Assembly: GCA_030141605.1 (NCBI GenBank)
Contig: JAQGDQ010000323.1
Span: forward strand, 186,001 to 250,000
Source of the DNA: Tubiluchus corallicola
Lineage: Eukaryota > Animalia > Priapulida
Length of the DNA stretch: 64,000 bases
Reading direction: 5' to 3'
The first letter of the stretch is position 1. Every line of letters starts with the position of its first letter. Under the pieces are notes generated by a model, which was not told where the DNA came from, made no database searches, and saw only the letters and a program-made list of their open reading frames with translations. The translations under genes were made by a program, and so were the position numbers. Of the stretch, positions 1 through 10,463 are shown one piece after another.

Positions 1-226
1 TAAATAAATGTATTATGTAGTAATGTATCTACACGTAACATATTTGCCTGTCACAACTCACATATTAATATTATTTTTGACTAAACAATGAGAAACCTTG
101 TCGTAAATTAACCTATGTGCAGTTCACTAAATAAATATATTATGTAGTAATAAATCTATACATAATATACTTGTCTGTCGCAGCTCACATATTCATATTA
201 TTTATGACTAAACAAGGGTAACCTAG
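1..226. repeat. Two diverged tandem copies of a ~127-bp unit (may extend left of the window)
   Basis: 1-98 (TAAATAAATGTATTATGTAGTAAT...GACTAAACAATGAGAAACC) aligns with 128-224 (TAAATAAATATATTATGTAGTAAT...GACTAAACAAGGGTAACC). Confidence 0.75.
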
Positions 227-1533
227 TCATAGGTTACATGCATCTATGCATTAATCAGGAAACAGTCTGCAGAAATACAATGTTCCAATTGCTGGCTGCT
301 TGCACAATAACTAGCAACATGTTCAGTATCGTTTCTATCGTCGAAATAATTTATCGTATCGTATAATTTGAAAACGTATCAAGAAAACGAAATTATTTTT
401 CTCGTTATAAACATGGTTAAAATATGTCAATGGGGCTTATGCAACTCTGGCAACGATATGAGGATCGTCTACGGAATGGAACAATCAAATTTATTGCATT
501 CTCGCTTTTTAATAAAAAGTTGGAATAATGTTTCAATTTTTACAAGTATTTGAATATTTACAACTGTTTTTCGTATCTTTGCATGTGATATATCATGATA
601 GAAGTATGATTAGTTGATTACAAGTAATGTTGTTTGAGACATGTGATTCACATTTTTTGAGACGTAATGTTTTTTGAGACATATTGTTGATTGAATTTTT
701 CCGCATCTATGCAGTAGAAAGCGCAAATTAATGCTTATTGCTTGGATATTTTTCATTGCAGATATTTTTCTGAATTGATATTTTTTGATTAGTTTGATGC
801 TTTTTTCATATTCATTATGTATAAATTTCTGAGTGGTTTCTTTATGTAATTTGTGTAATATCTTTTTCATTTTTGTTATATACATTCCATAAATTCTTTG
901 TGCTGTACATATCTGTAAATATATGCATATATTTATTGTGTAAATTTGCATTGGTATATCTGCCTATGTAATTATTATTACTGTTAACATTCATATTTAT
1001 TTTCGATATTTTTCGAGTAGCAATTTTGAGTAGTAGCTTTCAATATTTTTTCAAATGCCAAATGTATTGTAATAAACAATTTTTGTATTTAAACAAATCA
1101 GATATTTTTATTCTGTTTGTATACTGTATTGTATAAATGATGTTTAAAGTAAATGCATAATTACAGGACAAACGTTCTATTAACGAGAACACAGCATTTT
1201 AACAACGCATTTAATAACACACCACAAGCAGTTACTGAGTCAGCTTTTTATAAGATCCATATTATTAAAAAGCGAGCAATTATTACATATTTATGGTTAA
1301 AACATTTGAAGGCCTAAAAGCGATAATAAAAAAGTAAACGACGACTAGGTATTGTTGTTAAAATGGGTGGGTGGGTTGGTTTTTTTTCTGTATGGTTCAT
1401 TTTAATTACGATACCCGGACATTATAGAACATATTTCACTACAACAATATTTTGCGTGGTTTCAATTGTAATTGTCTTGGTGATGTTCGCACAAGCTGGT
1501 AAAACGACACTGGTTAGCTGTCCCGGTGTACAC

Positions 1534-4500
1534 TAGAGAGCGCGGACCCAGAATTTTTAAGTCCGCAACTCCGCGGGTCCGCAGAAGAATGGGCCCGCGC
1601 ATCCGCAAATTCCGCGGCCGTATAAAATCATCAGATCCGCGATCCGCAAGGTCCGCAATAGTAACAAATCATTGTCAGATGCTAAACTTTAAATGTATGT
1701 GTCCTATCATGAAACCAGGCCAGAGAGGCTTTAAGTAAACTAGCTGAAGTTTGGCCAGCACATTTTATAAATTTTTACTAGCACTACAAATTATTATTGG
1801 TGCAATGAAATTAAAAATAATAATGATAAGAAATTAAAGTTGACCTAGTGACAACTAGGATCTGTACGCTACACTCCTGTCATTTACAACTTATGTAGCA
1901 ATAAACAATTGTCTCTATACTAGAGATGAGTAATTCTATTACTTGTAACTCGAACATCAATCATAACATCGTGTCACCGTCATCATTTCAATGCATTGTT
2001 GTTAATATCTGATCATCAGCAATTGCGTGTCACCTTTGAAACTCTAGGAACATAGTTGTAATAAATCCCCAATAAGAGTTGCAGCAGCTACAGTTATATC
2101 TTATTTGTTTTATCATCATTGATTTTATCGCCACCATCACCACCACCACTAGCATCATCATCATCATTATCAATTCATCATCATCAGCAGCAGCAGTCGC
2201 ATCAGATTCATCATTACAAGTTCACTATTATAGTTACCACTATCACTTAAAAGTGTATGCAAATAAGGACTACAAACAATAAACAACAGACACTTAGCAT
2301 GTGACTAAGAGAGGGTAATTTACGATAATGCAAAACTGAACTGAAATTTGAATTTGTATCTCAGCAAACATATAATTCTACAACAATCAGATTGCTAAAA
2401 AACTGGCCTTTCTTGCAAATGACTAATGTCATATCCCTTTCGTGCACTGTTTAAAAATAAAATCCTGTCCAAATTTTGTGGATTCAATCTTGTTCTTCTC
2501 TTGTTAAAAGTATGTCCACTCAAGCTGAACACACGTTCAGATGGTGCTGATGAAGCAGGGACACTAAACATCAGTTTTGCAATGCGGTGTAGACTTGGAA
2601 AAGAAGTCTTCTGGCTTTCCCAGAATGACAAAACATCGAAGCCTTCTTCTTTGGTATACTGCTGAACAATCATGTCAGTCATTCTTAAATCAAAATAATT
2701 CATCACTTCATCACCACATTCCACTTCCTCACTACATACGAACTCATCTTCAATATTAATAGTTGTTGTCATTTTGTCATACACATGATCGCCTACCTGG
2801 GCGACATCACTTATGTTGACATCTTCATCTTGTACAACAAGCAAATTTGCAATCAGTGACCTGGTGTAATTCATGATCTCGTCACGACATGTGGAAACTG
2901 GAAGCGACTTTTTAAATTTTGGATGAAGAAACAGTGCGGTGAAATGCTGCACTGTTAGCACCATTTTTTCCTGCAGGTAAGGTGCAGCCCGTCTTTTCAG
3001 TTTTTGCAGAAGGCTATTGTCCATTCCACCAAAATGTAAGAATTTGCTCAGCTTTTCTTTCCACAATACTGCAAGATGCAAAGTAGGTTTACAATCTGCT
3101 TCAAGATCCCTTACAGCCATAGCAAATGGTTTCAAAAAGTCCATCAATGTTATCAGTGAGTCCTTGTCAATGCCTGTCATACGACACCTTTGGTTTTTTG
3201 AATCCAGTAGTTCTTCTATTTCACCGAATACATGTAGCACTGACTCGATCATGTTGTACATCGAATTCCACCTTGTGTCATTTTGCTGTTTTGCGGTTTT
3301 TGATAAGTTCACATTGTTGCCACTTTTCTTTAGGAAAGCTACTAGCTGCTTGCAAGCCTTTATGGATGCATCAAGCTTAGAAAGGTCCTCATCTTCTTCT
3401 TGCATCGATATTGATAATGTGTGCCGAATAGTGGTAGCTAACGTGTGATCTGCACATGGTAACCTGATGTGATTTCTCAGCGCTGCTTTGATATTTGACC
3501 CTTCATCAGTAACAAACACAAATCGGTCTAAAACTGTCCTATTTTCAAAACCCATAGTCTCCAAATTTTTCTGCAAATCTCTGTATATATTTTCTGCCGT
3601 CTTAGCTTCATTAGTAGGAAAATCAGATATCAAGAGCTGTCTAGAATACAGTGTACTATTTACTACGTAGTGCACTGTCAGTGAAGTATAACTAAGACTG
3701 TTATAAGAGTCTGTCCACATGTCTGTTGTTACAGCTATGCCACCATTCTGATCAATACAGGTTTTCAAAATGGAAATAAGCTTAGTTTTGCCCACTTTTG
3801 CAAATTCTGCAAGATCTTTTGTGATGGTGCTCCTAGCTGGCAATGCATCACTGATTAAAAATGAACCATGTTGTGCTCCTAGGTCGATGCAAGTCTGCAG
3901 AAGCTCTCTCATGCCACTACCATTAAAAGTACTTAATGGACGCAAGTCCTTGGTCACTACTGACACACAAGACTCTCGAAGCTTTTTTGAGGATTGGTTA
4001 GGTAACTTGAAGGACTGTGGTTTGAAGAATTTTGTTATAATATTTTGCGATGCTACATTCAAGTTCTTGTCGCAGTACTGGAGGTGTTTTCGTAGATGGC
4101 TTGTACCACTCTCATGAAAGTCATGATACAACATGTGACCATTATTTTCGCAAGAAACAAAATTTACGTATGCATCTGCATCATATACACATTGGTAGTG
4201 TGCCCACACATCACTCTTACTTTTTGGATTTTCTTTAAGGGTCAGTTTCCCACTTTCAAGGCCTAGTTTTATATCTTTTTCACTTAAACTTGCGATGTCT
4301 TCTACCTTCCGTTTGGCCATGGCAATATCTAACTGCTGAACTACTCAGAACCAGGCTGTCTACACTACTGTACACCTATTAAAATGTGACAAAAGACTGC
4401 GTTACTACAAGCTAGGCCAATTCATTAAGTTAATTGCACACTAACTGAAAGTAAATAAAGATGTAAATATTTGTTATTATGAAAGTACGACAATTGACTA

Positions 4501-5249
4501 GGCACTGTAAATGCGATATCTAGATCAATGATACAGCATAAAATTTACTCTACATTGCAATTTGCAAATGTAATAATTACTAAGTTATGAATACAACTGT
4601 TTCAATTTAAAAATGTCACGTAACATGTGCCATTTAATTAAATGTGCCATTTAATTACATGTGCCATTTAACTACATTATTTAAGCTTACAATAAAGTGG
4701 TGTATTGAGTTTGCAAAAAACAACTCTGTACGTTTATTTTTTTCAAGTGCATTTAGCTTTACTTACTAAAAAGTGTTAGGTGGGTACACACTACACACTC
4801 ACAAAAAGTCTCACAGTATAAAATAATTCCTTTATCAAATTTTAGTTATATCAAGACATTCCAATCAGCCGATTAATGTACGGTAATACTCAGCCTTGCA
4901 TAGCAGAAGACTGCACGAGAGAGCAGGGACATCAACACATAGCACGCTTGCCTCTGTTTCGTACCAAATGATGAAATAAGAACTTTTGGTCAGTGCACAC
5001 GTGCAATACCTATATCTAAGAGTGGAACACTGCTGGTCATTATCAGTTACTAAACTTATTAGAAAAAAACTAAAGAATAATTAAACATTGTATGATTTAC
5101 GTATTTCGCATTTGGGTCCGCGCACAATAGTTAAGAAATTGTCTAGTTCAAAAGTCCGCAGTCCGCAAAAAATTAGGTCCGCGGTTCCGCAAATCCGCGA
5201 AAAAGTCGTGCGGACCCGGGTCCGCAGTTCCGCGGTTTGCGCATCTCTG
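1534..5249 (-). mobile_element. Full-length hAT DNA transposon (Hermes/hobo/Ac-like)
   Basis: 8-bp TSD GTGTACAC at 1526-1533 and 5250-5257. Imperfect TIRs: TAGAGA-GCGCGGACC (from 1534) vs CAGAGATGCGCAAACC (reverse complement, from 5249). Clusters of GTCCGC/TCCGC subterminal motifs at 1541-1657 and 5115-5235. Encloses the transposase ORF. Confidence 0.95.
2395..4320 (-). CDS. hAT transposase, 641 aa (BED-like finger, DDE catalytic domain, hATC dimerisation domain)
   Basis: Motifs VWAHY..C..GTSHLRKHLQYC (BED), TTDMWT (D1), VTDEGSNI (D2), CADH (CxxH), TRWNS, SAPSERVFS (E), RRTRL. GCCATGG start context with an in-frame stop upstream. No internal stops. Confidence 0.96.
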   Translation of the reverse strand: MAKRKVEDIASLSEKDIKLGLESGKLTLKENPKSKSDVWAHYQCVYDADAYVNFVSCENNGHMLYHDFHESGTSHLRKHLQYCDKNLNVASQNIITKFFKPQSFKLPNQSSKKLRESCVSVVTKDLRPLSTFNGSGMRELLQTCIDLGAQHGSFLISDALPARSTITKDLAEFAKVGKTKLISILKTCIDQNGGIAVTTDMWTDSYNSLSYTSLTVHYVVNSTLYSRQLLISDFPTNEAKTAENIYRDLQKNLETMGFENRTVLDRFVFVTDEGSNIKAALRNHIRLPCADHTLATTIRHTLSISMQEEDEDLSKLDASIKACKQLVAFLKKSGNNVNLSKTAKQQNDTRWNSMYNMIESVLHVFGEIEELLDSKNQRCRMTGIDKDSLITLMDFLKPFAMAVRDLEADCKPTLHLAVLWKEKLSKFLHFGGMDNSLLQKLKRRAAPYLQEKMVLTVQHFTALFLHPKFKKSLPVSTCRDEIMNYTRSLIANLLVVQDEDVNISDVAQVGDHVYDKMTTTINIEDEFVCSEEVECGDEVMNYFDLRMTDMIVQQYTKEEGFDVLSFWESQKTSFPSLHRIAKLMFSVPASSAPSERVFSLSGHTFNKRRTRLNPQNLDRILFLNSARKGYDISHLQERPVF

Positions 5250-5611
5250 GTGTACACATGCCGCACATGTCATTTGCGATTCGTAATTTAAACTACTACA
5301 ATAATATCTGCTGCCACCTACATTTAAAATTATTATTGAACTGAGTCGAAGTTTAATCCAGGTTGTGGCCTTGGTCAATGCTGCTCAATCACCTGTACCC
5401 TGCTGCGCTTCCCATATATGGGAGTGTAGATTCACTAGCCAATCAGGTAAGCTGAGTGGGTGCATGTGACTTGGGTAGCTCTGCATGGGTCTTTTTTTCT
5501 TGAGCATTGCTGTTGAGTGGTCTTTCAAAGTTCAACACAATTTCATATTCTTTATTTGAACGAAAGAGTGAGTCAGTCTACAATAGTTTGTTTGTTTGCA
5601 AAATCTTCACT

Positions 5612-5788
<177 letters not shown>

Positions 5789-7065
5789 ACAGTACATGAG
5801 TAATATTTACAAATATAATTAGTTACATATTTACAATACATACATGAGTACGGAAAACAAAACAAACAGACAGAAATGAGAATTATTAACTTTAATAATT
5901 ATACTTGAAAGTGCCAAACAGTTATTTGTATATAATTAAGCTTCCATCATAAACGTTGAAATTTCATTTAATTCAGTCAAGGTACAAAAAGAGAAATCTT
6001 TATTGTATTTAAAATATCCACGGCCGGAGATACATTAGAAATTTGATCTTCAGTTAGTTTGCGTTCCTCTTTAAATATGTCCGATGGTTACGTTAATTAT
6101 GTTGCGCACTTAATATCTAATTATAATTTCTTCATTTGGTTACATCAGGCAGATGGACACAAAGCATTAAAATCATAATATTCTTAAACATTTACACGCG
6201 ACAGTCTTACATTTCCTGTTGTTAGCAAAAATAAAAATAAAAGAAAACTGACATTTTGCTCGGATTGGGCTTTCTCATAAAATAATATATGTGCGATCAA
6301 TATATATATATTAATACATATATATATACGTTAAGGTAAACTCAATGCTGTTTAATTTACATTAAAATCGAAGATGAGAAAGTACGAATCTTATCATGGG
6401 GCGTGCGGGGAATAACTTCTAAAGTATGCTGTAGACGCGTGTGTGGCTTTGGGCTTGGATAAAAGCTGTTATGATGGCTACGCCAGTCACCGTGTTTTGC
6501 TGCTATAGGTACCTAAACAGGAGACGCGCTAGGATCTCGCGTCATAATTGTAAACCCGGAGAGGTTTCATAGCAACAAAACAAGATACTGCGAGTTTTAG
6601 ATTGCGAAGGAAACGACAAAAACACTTTTTTTTTCGCTCCGTATCTAAAGTTATTTTAAGTGGCCGAAATACAATGGAGATTATATTAGGTACGTTTTTT
6701 CATTCTAATAATAACCCTAAAAGAGTGCCTGAACCTACAGTTTTATACTCTGCACGCATATATCAATTGTTCACCGTTTTTCCAACACGCGCAAACAAGT
6801 TCGGCAACTGTCTTAATGGCTAATTATTATGTTTTTGTTCCTCACTTCCTACTTCCGCTCTGACAAATCCACGTGTTTGCCTGATCAACAGAAAATGTCA
6901 CTTCTAAAAATTGGCTTGACATCATAACCGGTGTGCGTCGTTGCGGGACACTGCCTCTCATGTGACCGAGCTGCGTGTAAGCTAACGTTGTTCTTGCAGA
7001 GAACTTTGTGACCTGAATACTGCATGCACGAAACAGTTATTGACTTACGAATCACTTACTGATCT

Positions 7066-7575
7066 GTGGTAGCCAAACATATGAGCTGAATGACATTTGG
7101 GCAGTGAACACTTGGTGAGTGGAAATTTGGGCAGCAGGCACTCAGGCGGCGAACACTTAGGTTGTGCCACTTGGGCAGTTGACATTTGGGCAACCGGCAG
7201 CACACTTGAGCAGTGACACTTGAGTAGTGACACTTGAGTAGTGGCACTTGAGCGGTGACACTTGGGCGGTGACACTTGAGCAGTGACACTTGAGCAGTGA
7301 CACTTGAGTAGTGGCACTTGAGCAGTGACACTTGGGCGGTGACACTTGAGTAGTGACACTTGAGCAGTGACACTTGAGCAGTGACACTTGAGCAGTGACA
7401 CTTGAACAGTGACACTTGGGCGGTGACACTTGGGCGGTGACACTTGAGTAGTGGCACGGTGACACTTGAGTAGTGGCACTTGAGCAGTGACACTTGAGTA
7501 GTGGCACTTGAGCGGTGACACTTGAGTAGTGGCACTTGAGCAGTGACACTTGAGCAGTGACACATGGGCAGTGAA
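7066..7575. repeat. 14-bp tandem array (GACACTTGAGCAGT variants) starting at GGTAGCCAAAC; possibly the expanded subterminal array of a non-autonomous DNA transposon
   Basis: Regular 14-bp units at 7201-7563 and degenerate units at 7090-7200; the 14-aa period in all three minus-strand ORFs equals 3x14 nt. Confidence 0.85.
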
Positions 7576-7621
7576 AACGTTAAGAAGTACAAGTGGTGCA
7601 GAAAATTTTCAGAGGAGCACT

Positions 7622-8305
7622 AGCTACCTACCTGTCTACCTACCTGATTACATACTTTCTTTCCTACCTACCTACCAGCCCACCTACCTACCTACCTATC
7701 TAACTTACTTACCTACCCATCCTATATACCTGCTGTCTATCTACGTACCTAACCTAACTACTTACCTACCTACCTACCTACCTACTTAACATTAGGGGAC
7801 CTACTATTTATATACCAAATGATCCACCTCACCTCACCTACCTACCTACCAAACGACCTGCTTACCTACTTACTTACCTCCCTATTTACCTACCCACGTA
7901 CCTACCTACCTACCTAAAAAGACACCCACCCACCCACCTACCTGCCTAACCTACCTGCCTGCCGACCAATCGATCAACCGAACGAGTGACCGACCTGCCT
8001 ACCTACCTACCTACCTACCTACCTACCTACCTACCTACCTACCTACCTACCTACCTACCTACCTACCTACCTACCTACTTACCGACCTACCTTCCTTCTT
8101 AGCTGACTGACTGACTAACCAAAAACTAACTAATAAACTAAGTACGTAATCCACCACTGTAATTGCGAAAATTAATAGTCGTATACTAATCATCTATTTA
8201 ATTACTTGCTTACTTAGTTACTTACTTACTTATTTACTTACCTACTCACTCACTCACTCACTCACTCACTCACTCACTCACTCACTCACTCACTCACTCA
8301 CTCAT
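7622..8305. repeat. Degenerate (CCTA)n tract with a pure run ~7998-8077, followed by (ACTT)n and (CACT)n
   Basis: Read directly. Confidence 0.92.
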
Positions 8306-8430
8306 TAAAAATTATTAATTGCTCATAATCCATGATTTTCTTAATTTTAATGCTTATAGTCTTGTTACAGCTGATGCGCTTTTGCGATGTAAATTATAAC
8401 GGACTCATTCTTTGTTTTGCAGCACTTTGA

Positions 8431-10463
8431 ATGTACATTACCGACGCTCCTATCGGTAAAAATAGAATATTTCAATTTTATAATAAGAGTTAAATTATTT
8501 ACTTTTTCAGCCTACAAGCTGGGCATTGCTGCTATGGGAATAGCCATAGTCGTTATAACATCGATCCTGATTTATTTATGGTAAGTATCGACAACTAAAA
8601 GAAGCACGATTTGTTTTAATATTTTTAAAAATTTAAAATTTTAAATTTAAAAATTTTAAATTTAAAAATTTTAAATTTAAAAATACTGCTATTATATGAA
8701 AAATGGATTCTTGCCCGATGTATGTCCGTTCAAAAGACCTACATGTTTAACGTGAACCTGTGACTAGGAGGGTGGAATCAGTCGCCAGTCGGGCTGTTGG
8801 GTAAAGAAACCGCATATTTTTTGAACTAATAAGCAACTATTATAATTCTAAGCAGCCATTGACCAACTGGTGGTATCTTTAGGGTAAATGGGATAAATGC
8901 TCCGATAGTCGAATTCTGTTTCAAAAATCAAAGTGATGGAATAATGTCGATGTGCAACCCATCCTGAGAGGTGTTATGACACTGCGTAGAATCGTTTCGT
9001 TAGGCAATTATCAACCAATGAGAGTTATAACTCAGATTTTGACATGACGTTGCAGCTCTTGTTTGAACTTTATCATATAGTTCTAATCCTGTAGGAGTAA
9101 AATTGGGCTGAGTTTGATGGGTTGCACACACCTTATTAGTTTGGTAGATTTCCCGTTTTCATCCTTCCCTTTCCTGCCTTATTTGTAAGGTTTTCAACTG
9201 TGGCCAGATGAAGTTACAGACTCTTAATCTGCTTTCTTACGTTCATTACATGGAGCCACATATGTCAGGGCAGCTTCATCTTCAGGTGACAAAATTTCCT
9301 GCCCACCCTGTAGAAAGTTTTATACATCAGAGAAAGCTGGCGCGCTAATCATTACAGGAATGAACAAAAGGCAAGCTAGTACTTGTGTGTGTAAGCCATT
9401 GTGAAATAAGGGTTCCTGGTAATATTCAGTTATGCCCATACATATTAGTCTGTGTTTGCATATGAATGTCGTTAGATTAGAATAGGAACTTATATTTCAG
9501 TTTCTAACAGCAATTAATGTGTAATTGTGCGCTCATTAATTTAGGTGTGGTGGACGATGGAAAAGACAGTCATTGTGGGATCTTGACCTTGAAGGGTGCC
9601 ATGATGGCGGATCCCACACTGGTATCTTGTTTTTGTTTTTGCATGTATCATGTTTGCTATTTAAACTTCTTACTTGATCTTAAGACGGCTTTGAACAACA
9701 ATTTTCTGACTGTCACCCATCCATTTGTCAAATAGGTCCAAAGATCACTGACCATGAACATTAATTCGCTATACGATGCATATTGTTAGGCTTTGGAACT
9801 CACCGCATTTGTAATTTTTTTCCTTAGCTTTAGTAAAGCCTGTAATGTGATGCTACGTTTATTGGTTTGTTAAGGTTGGTTTGCTGATACATTGATATCT
9901 AGTAGGTTTATTCAAGCAGCTAGATAATTTATTATATATACTCTATAATCTAAACATCTTATACATGTCCGTCAAAAATACTGTCTTGTATGGTTTTATG
10001 ATGTTCTTGTATAATTGCAACCTCTTTTTTGCGTTTGTGTTTGATGTGTGTGGCAGTGAATAACCAAATGAGTAATTAAATAAATTATTGTGTTAAAATA
10101 GGTTCATACACATCTTCGTGAATAGTTTTTTCTTTTCATTTTAGGCCAAGCTATTGAGACTCTATGTGCCGTGCATGGATGGCCAGGACGGCCAAAGAAG
10201 CGAAACGATCGACGATCGAGTTGGCTTGACGATCGAAGAGTAGACATGTATATATACATAGCTCTGAAGGCTGAAGATGATATGTACGTTTCATTGAAAA
10301 TTTTTATCATAATAATTTATTACAATGCATAATATTAACAACATATGCATTAATATGTACAACACCATCAATGTTGTGTTTCAAATTGTGTTACAGACGG
10401 GAAAAGTGGAGAGCAATGTACAAACCGGTGACACGCCTGTTCTTCGAAAACGAAGAGAATTGA
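8431..10463 (+). CDS. Small single-pass membrane protein, 125 aa, 5 coding exons (8431-8455, 8511-8580, 9545-9621, 10145-10283, 10397-10463); family not recognised
   Basis: All introns GT-AG with matching phases; 378 nt total. TGA immediately precedes the ATG. Translation: MYITDAPIAYKLGIAAMGIAIVVITSILIYLWCGGRWKRQSLWDLDLEGCHDGGSHTGQAIETLCAVHGWPGRPKKRNDRRSSWLDDRRVDMYIYIALKAEDDIREKWRAMYKPVTRLFFENEEN*. Confidence 0.72.
8622..8684. repeat. AT-only quasi-palindromic ~15-bp tandem repeat (TTTAAATTTAAAAAT)
   Basis: Read directly; lies in an intron of the small membrane-protein gene. Confidence 0.8.

Noticed and set aside
2426-4238. Plus-strand ORFs overlapping the transposase
   Set aside because: Antisense shadows of a real CDS with no recognisable motifs.
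5411-5445. CArG box (CCATATATGG) near a CCAAT box; also CTCF-like CCACTAGATGTCAC at ~53523
   Set aside because: Single short motifs with no linked transcription start; expected by chance in 64 kb.
7045-7592. Cys/His-rich periodic ORFs (KCHCSSVTAQV)
   Set aside because: All three minus-strand frames are open and give the same periodic peptide, an artefact of the stop-free 14-bp repeat.
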